From Neoconidiobolus thromboides FSU 785 (taxonomy: Eukaryota; Fungi; Entomophthoromycota), in the NCBI GenBank assembly GCA_025603075.1, contig MU626258.1, positions 259,457-323,456 of the forward strand: DNA of 64,000 bases, written 5' to 3'. The position numbers were made by a program, and so were the translations under genes. The notes beneath the pieces are model-generated. The model was given only the letters and a program-made list of their open reading frames with translations. It ran no database searches and was not told the origin of the DNA. Positions 59,379 through 64,000 of the stretch are shown one piece after another (position 1 is the first letter of the stretch; each line of letters starts with the position of its first letter).

Positions 59379-60699
59379 ATATCTATTTATGTACCCACAG
59401 ACCCGAATTTTCGATAAAGAAACGCTAGACTAATTCTGTTTAATAGTTAAAAATTATCTCCAAATAATCAAATTAACAATACAATCAATTATTGACTATT
59501 TTTATAGTCATCACACTAATAAAACTATTAAAAGGTTAAGCTTAAACACATCATATTAACTAAATCAATTAGCAGTTAATTTTTAAATTATATTATAAGC
59601 ACTTTCATGCAACTCCAATAAGCCCCCATGTTGGTTCATTACTTTATTAATATTTATAAAAATTTTCAACTTTTCTAAAAACTTGAATTTCGATAATAAC
59701 AATTTATTTGCCCAGTATTTACTATAAGTGTATCTTTTTAATTGAAAAATAGGAGATAATAAATAGTCCATTTCTGTGGAATAAAAAAGTGGATAAGATC
59801 AGTGAAGCAATAAAGAGTTAACTAGGGCCTTATTTTTAAGATAATGCATGTATTAAACTATGAAATTAATATTAGGTTGATTCAATTGAATATAAAAATA
59901 AACTTTTGACCTTGTAAAATTCGAGATATCAAAATATTTTTATTGAAAGCTATAGACCCAATGCAGAGTATAATACATCAAACTATTAATTTAGGTTACG
60001 ATTAAGTAAAAAAGAAAGGGAAGTGATGGGTATTAATAAAAATGAATGATAATAGAACTTTCGAGCAAATGCTCTATTTTTTAAGCTGATTGAATTTGCA
60101 GCAAATCAAAAACTAGTAAACTTTTTATTTGGATAAATAGACTTAGAGAAAGCAAGGGTTGGTTTATAATGTTGATTTAGAACAGATAAATGAGACAGCT
60201 AATAAAAGTAATTAAGAGTCATTAAACTAAATTCAAATACTGATTGTAGTTACGATTTAAAGTTCAAAGATTGACAGTAAATTAAATCATTCAAACATTC
60301 TAGTTGAATATATTATTTAATTTAGTTTTATGAAATAAACATATTTTCCAATTAATTAGTTAAGAAAGGTGGTGTAAAGTTTTTATTTTAATAAAAATTT
60401 TAAACTGAGAAAGGAACGAAACATAATAGGAAAATAGGTTATATCAAACTTATTATTCTAATACAAAATTGAGGTTGAAAAATAATCTATTCGATTTGAA
60501 TTTTACGATAAGTTGAGAATTGAATGCAACTATTTTCACTAAAAGTGGAAATTTTAAAGTCATATTGACTTATTTTACACTAGAAACAACTAGGTGCATA
60601 ATTAATAAACATATTCGTACCTCTACATTGTTTTTTTATTTCAACTTTTTTCAATCCTATGAATAATTACTCAATTATTTATAAACGCATAATAATAAA

Positions 60700-61900
60700 A
60701 TAATTAAAGCTTTGAAGTATAATCACATTGGTCATCAAAATGCAATCATTGAAGTAATTTTGCATAAACATTTTATATTTTGAAAAAATCATTCACTTGG
60801 ACTTAAAATATTAATAAATTATTTACTCCAATAGCATAACAATTTCATTTCATTATTTAGAAAATTAATATGTTATATTTATACTTCAAACATCTCAAAC
60901 ATTTAATCATACCTTGTTTTTGAACGTCTGAATCACTGGTCAATTTCATATAATAAAGCTTAATAAAAGTCACTTTTACTCACTTTAAAAGCTTAAAAGT
61001 ATCTGTTTAGAAATTTACTGAAAACTAAGATTAGAATGAACTTTTAGAAACTACTGATGCTAGTGCAATAGAAATATTAACATGTTTCCTTTAGATTGAC
61101 TTTTATTTTGGAATAAATGATTAGAGTAGCTTGCGATTTGATATATCTCATTGTCTTTAATTTGAAGTCAAATTAGTTTAATACGAAATTAAAGATATGA
61201 AGAGGATGTAGCCCTTAAATTCGTACAAAAAATTGCTTCTACGTTGAAGAATAGGAAAGACATCTATGAACTGTTCTAGTAGAATTCAATTGTACTTGAA
61301 ATCACTGTAATATTTGTCGTATAAAATCAAAATAATCAGATCAATGCTAATACTATTGTAACTAGATTAAATCAAAGTTAACTAAGCATTTACTCTACAG
61401 TCTCAAGATAAAAAATACAATTCTAAGCGATATTTCTAGTTAATATATTATTCCAAGGATCGATTTACAATGTTAAATCATTAAATCTTTATTAGCTCTA
61501 TATATTATCAATTTATTCCTCTATGATTTCAATATCTTTTTATCCACTTAGCAGGTCAAGCAAGCTAATGGTAAACTTTATTCTAGTAAAAAGCTTAAAA
61601 ATTAAGAGTTTACTAGTAAATAAATTAAATAAATCAAGAGGGGAGCGATACTTAATGAGATGAAGTTTACATCAAACTCAGACTATTCTAATAGAGGACC
61701 CGAGATTTAATATGATTTAGATCTTAAATTTAATAGATGATATATATTAGGGATTAAAATGCTTATACTTAAAAAGTTTGTTTTAGAGAAGTCATATTGA
61801 TTTAAACTTTGTATTGGAAATAAAGATAGTCACAATTACTAAAAGTAACTCAGATTTTGATATTATTACATTTCAACTTCTGATTTGAATTCATCTGCAA
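60700..61900 (+). mobile_element. Decayed Ty1/copia RT relic
   Basis: Ordered fragments LD*IKVN*AF (approx. QMDVKTAF) ~61365; GQAS*W*TL ~61560; IDDIY ~61735; DLNFVLEIKIV ~61800. Heavily degenerate. Confidence 0.4.
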
Positions 61901-62539
61901 TCTTGAATTTTTCGTATTAATTACAAAGTTGTTTTAAAAAAGTAATTAAATCTTAACATAAAATGGAATTACGTTGATAGTTAAAATATAATTACGTTGA
62001 CGATTAAAATACAATTGAGAATGTTTAGCATAAGTATTTAATAATTTATCAAATTATTAATTAAATATAATAATTGAAGCTAAAATATGAATCCAACAAC
62101 TCCTAATATTAGAAAATTATTTAATAATTTGATTTTTTCGAATTTAATGAGCTTCTCATAGGTCCTTTTTATTTCAATTAAACCTTTTTTTTTAAAAACC
62201 CGAATTATTTACTCATATGTACATTTCGGCATCTATCCAAAAAAAGCCAGTCAAAAAGCATAAAGTGATTAATTTTTAGATCATAGCTTAGATTTTAAAA
62301 ATAAAAAAATGAACAAATATTCTGTCATTTTATTTATTAAACTATATCAAAAGAATCACCTATTGATCTACTGTTAATGTATTAAAAATATTATTATAAT
62401 ATTATTATTTTACTATCAGTTTACTATTATTTTATTTTAAATAAAATTGAATTAATATAGTATTTTTTACCTATTGAACTTTTTTGAATTTTAACTAATT
62501 TTACTTTTGAACCTCAATTACCAAAATTTGTTGCTGAAA

Positions 62540-62830
62540 AAAGCGCCGATTCCGATTAGAATAATAGGACCCCTAGAAAATTCCCATTTTTTGATTTTAG
62601 CCTTAAATTTAATTGAATCGAAATTTCTTTTACTTTCGTAATCTGAGATTGAATTTGGTTGTCATTTTACGATGCTGATTTCTTTCAAAAAAATATTCCA
62701 CTAACTGCGTCATAAGTGAGCTTATTTCTTAGCTTTACCTAATAAGCAAAGTATGATTGGTTTATCGAGCCTCCTATGACTATTAGGTGGGGTTGTATCA
62801 TTAACTACTTTCTGTTTCAGCCAATAGACA
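62540..62830 (+). promoter_or_regulatory. Putative promoter elements: two opposed CCAAT boxes, TGCGTCA, CCGATTCCGATT
   Basis: ATTGG 62756-60; CCAAT 62821-25; TGCGTCA 62706-12; CCG repeat 62546-54; upstream of the TF ATG. Function inferred. Confidence 0.35.
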
Positions 62831-62985
62831 ATGCGTTTTTTCTATCTTAAAAGGAGACTTAAATCTCGATTTAGTTTAAAATTTGATTAAATTTTTGCCA
62901 ATCATTTGAAATTACTTTGATTGAGAAAGTATAAAAGCTCACTTAATTCTACTTAAAAACTAATTACTCTTTCCTTTTGTTAAAG

Positions 62986-63615
62986 ATGACTTCTCGAAAT
63001 TTAATGAATAGCAATACTCTGTCTAATAATTTTACCTTTAATGATAACCTAAAACCTAAAAGGAAGCAGGTAAAAATTGCTTGCTCAAACTGTAAAGCTT
63101 CATGTAAGAAGTGTAATGAAAGTAGACCTTGTGAGCGTTGTGTATCAAAAGGGATTGGAGATACTTGTGTTGATTCAATTCGCAAACCAAGAAAGAAAGG
63201 AACTCGCCGTGGTCCATATAAGAAAACAATCATGAGATCATTCGAATCACGCACAAAGCTTCCTCCTATCTCAAACCTCATGACTACACTATCTCCTATA
63301 GTTAACCCTGTAAATCAATTTGAACCCTCATCTAACTTTTTTGCCTCTCCATCTTCCACAGCTTCGACACACACACTGTATTATTCACATAGCTCTGGTA
63401 ATGACGATAAAATACCATCAATAAAATCACTGCTAAACAGTGCGGATGAACTAAGTGGAAGTTATGACTCATCAAGGTCAAGTAAGATACCATATAGTGA
63501 GTATCGAAGGTTTTCAGATAGTGAACACTACACAAGGTCAAACAACTTTATACTACCCCCTCCCAACCGTAACTTATATTCCTCAAAAACGCTGGAAAAC
63601 CATACCTTTTTTTGA
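62986..63615 (+). CDS. Zn(2)-Cys(6) transcription factor (Ert1/AcuM-like cluster type, no middle homology region)
   Basis: ACSNCKASCKKCNESRPCERCVSKGIGDTCVDSIRKPRKKGTRRGPYKK; ATG at 62986; S/P-rich tail. Confidence 0.92.
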   Translation: MTSRNLMNSNTLSNNFTFNDNLKPKRKQVKIACSNCKASCKKCNESRPCERCVSKGIGDTCVDSIRKPRKKGTRRGPYKKTIMRSFESRTKLPPISNLMTTLSPIVNPVNQFEPSSNFFASPSSTASTHTLYYSHSSGNDDKIPSIKSLLNSADELSGSYDSSRSSKIPYSEYRRFSDSEHYTRSNNFILPPPNRNLYSSKTLENHTFF

Positions 63616-64000
63616 TTTAAATTTAAAAATCGTAATAACTATAAATAAAAATTTTTGTTTTTTAATACAAGTTTGCATTTTATCATAAAGGACCCATGTT
63701 AAACGGGATTGAATGTCGTTATTTTATCAACACTCTATATTTTCACTATAACAGAACTGAGTTTTAAACATTAAACAGACAATTCAAGGTTGCCTAAATA
63801 AGGATTATTGGAAATAAGATAGTATAGACTGAGCTGTTACACTATAAAGGAGGGGAAGGGGTAAGCAAAATTTTAGCTGAGACAGATTTGGAAATACCTC
63901 CCTAATTGGCTGAATTATAAAGAACTTTTTTAACAATAAATTCAGCTTAAAAGTTGGAATCTTAGAACATAGGCATAAGTTAAAAAAATATCTAAGAATA

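Overview
Very AT-rich (roughly 20-25% GC by eye, not computed), intron-dense eukaryotic genomic DNA with short GT-AG introns and CTAA-type branch points. The gene content (two Zn2Cys6 factors, a Mortierella/Conidiobolus-type delta-5 desaturase, a CCP2-type peroxidase) indicates an early-diverging fungus, possibly Zoopagomycota/Entomophthoromycotina (inference). I can support 21 protein-coding genes. The conserved ones are PTC5-like PP2C, mito bL28, BAR-PH-ArfGAP-ANK, Derlin, NDUFB10, Mit_KHE1-like, RanBP3/Yrb2-like, PPR, DMT transporter, ALG12, RBBP4-like WD40, MON2, a GCK-III STE20 kinase, a class I peroxidase, a delta-5 desaturase and 2 Zn2Cys6 TFs. The orphans are three secreted proteins, one with Q/N pentapeptide repeats, and one LPxY-motif protein. 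Intergenic DNA holds about 16 copies of a ~98-bp MITE-like element flanked by ATAT and carrying a CpG-deamination signature, plus decayed Tc1/IS630 and Ty1/copia relics and a GC-rich ~97-nt hairpin (ncRNA candidate). No tRNA, rRNA or CRISPR array was recognised. Exon boundaries were read by eye.
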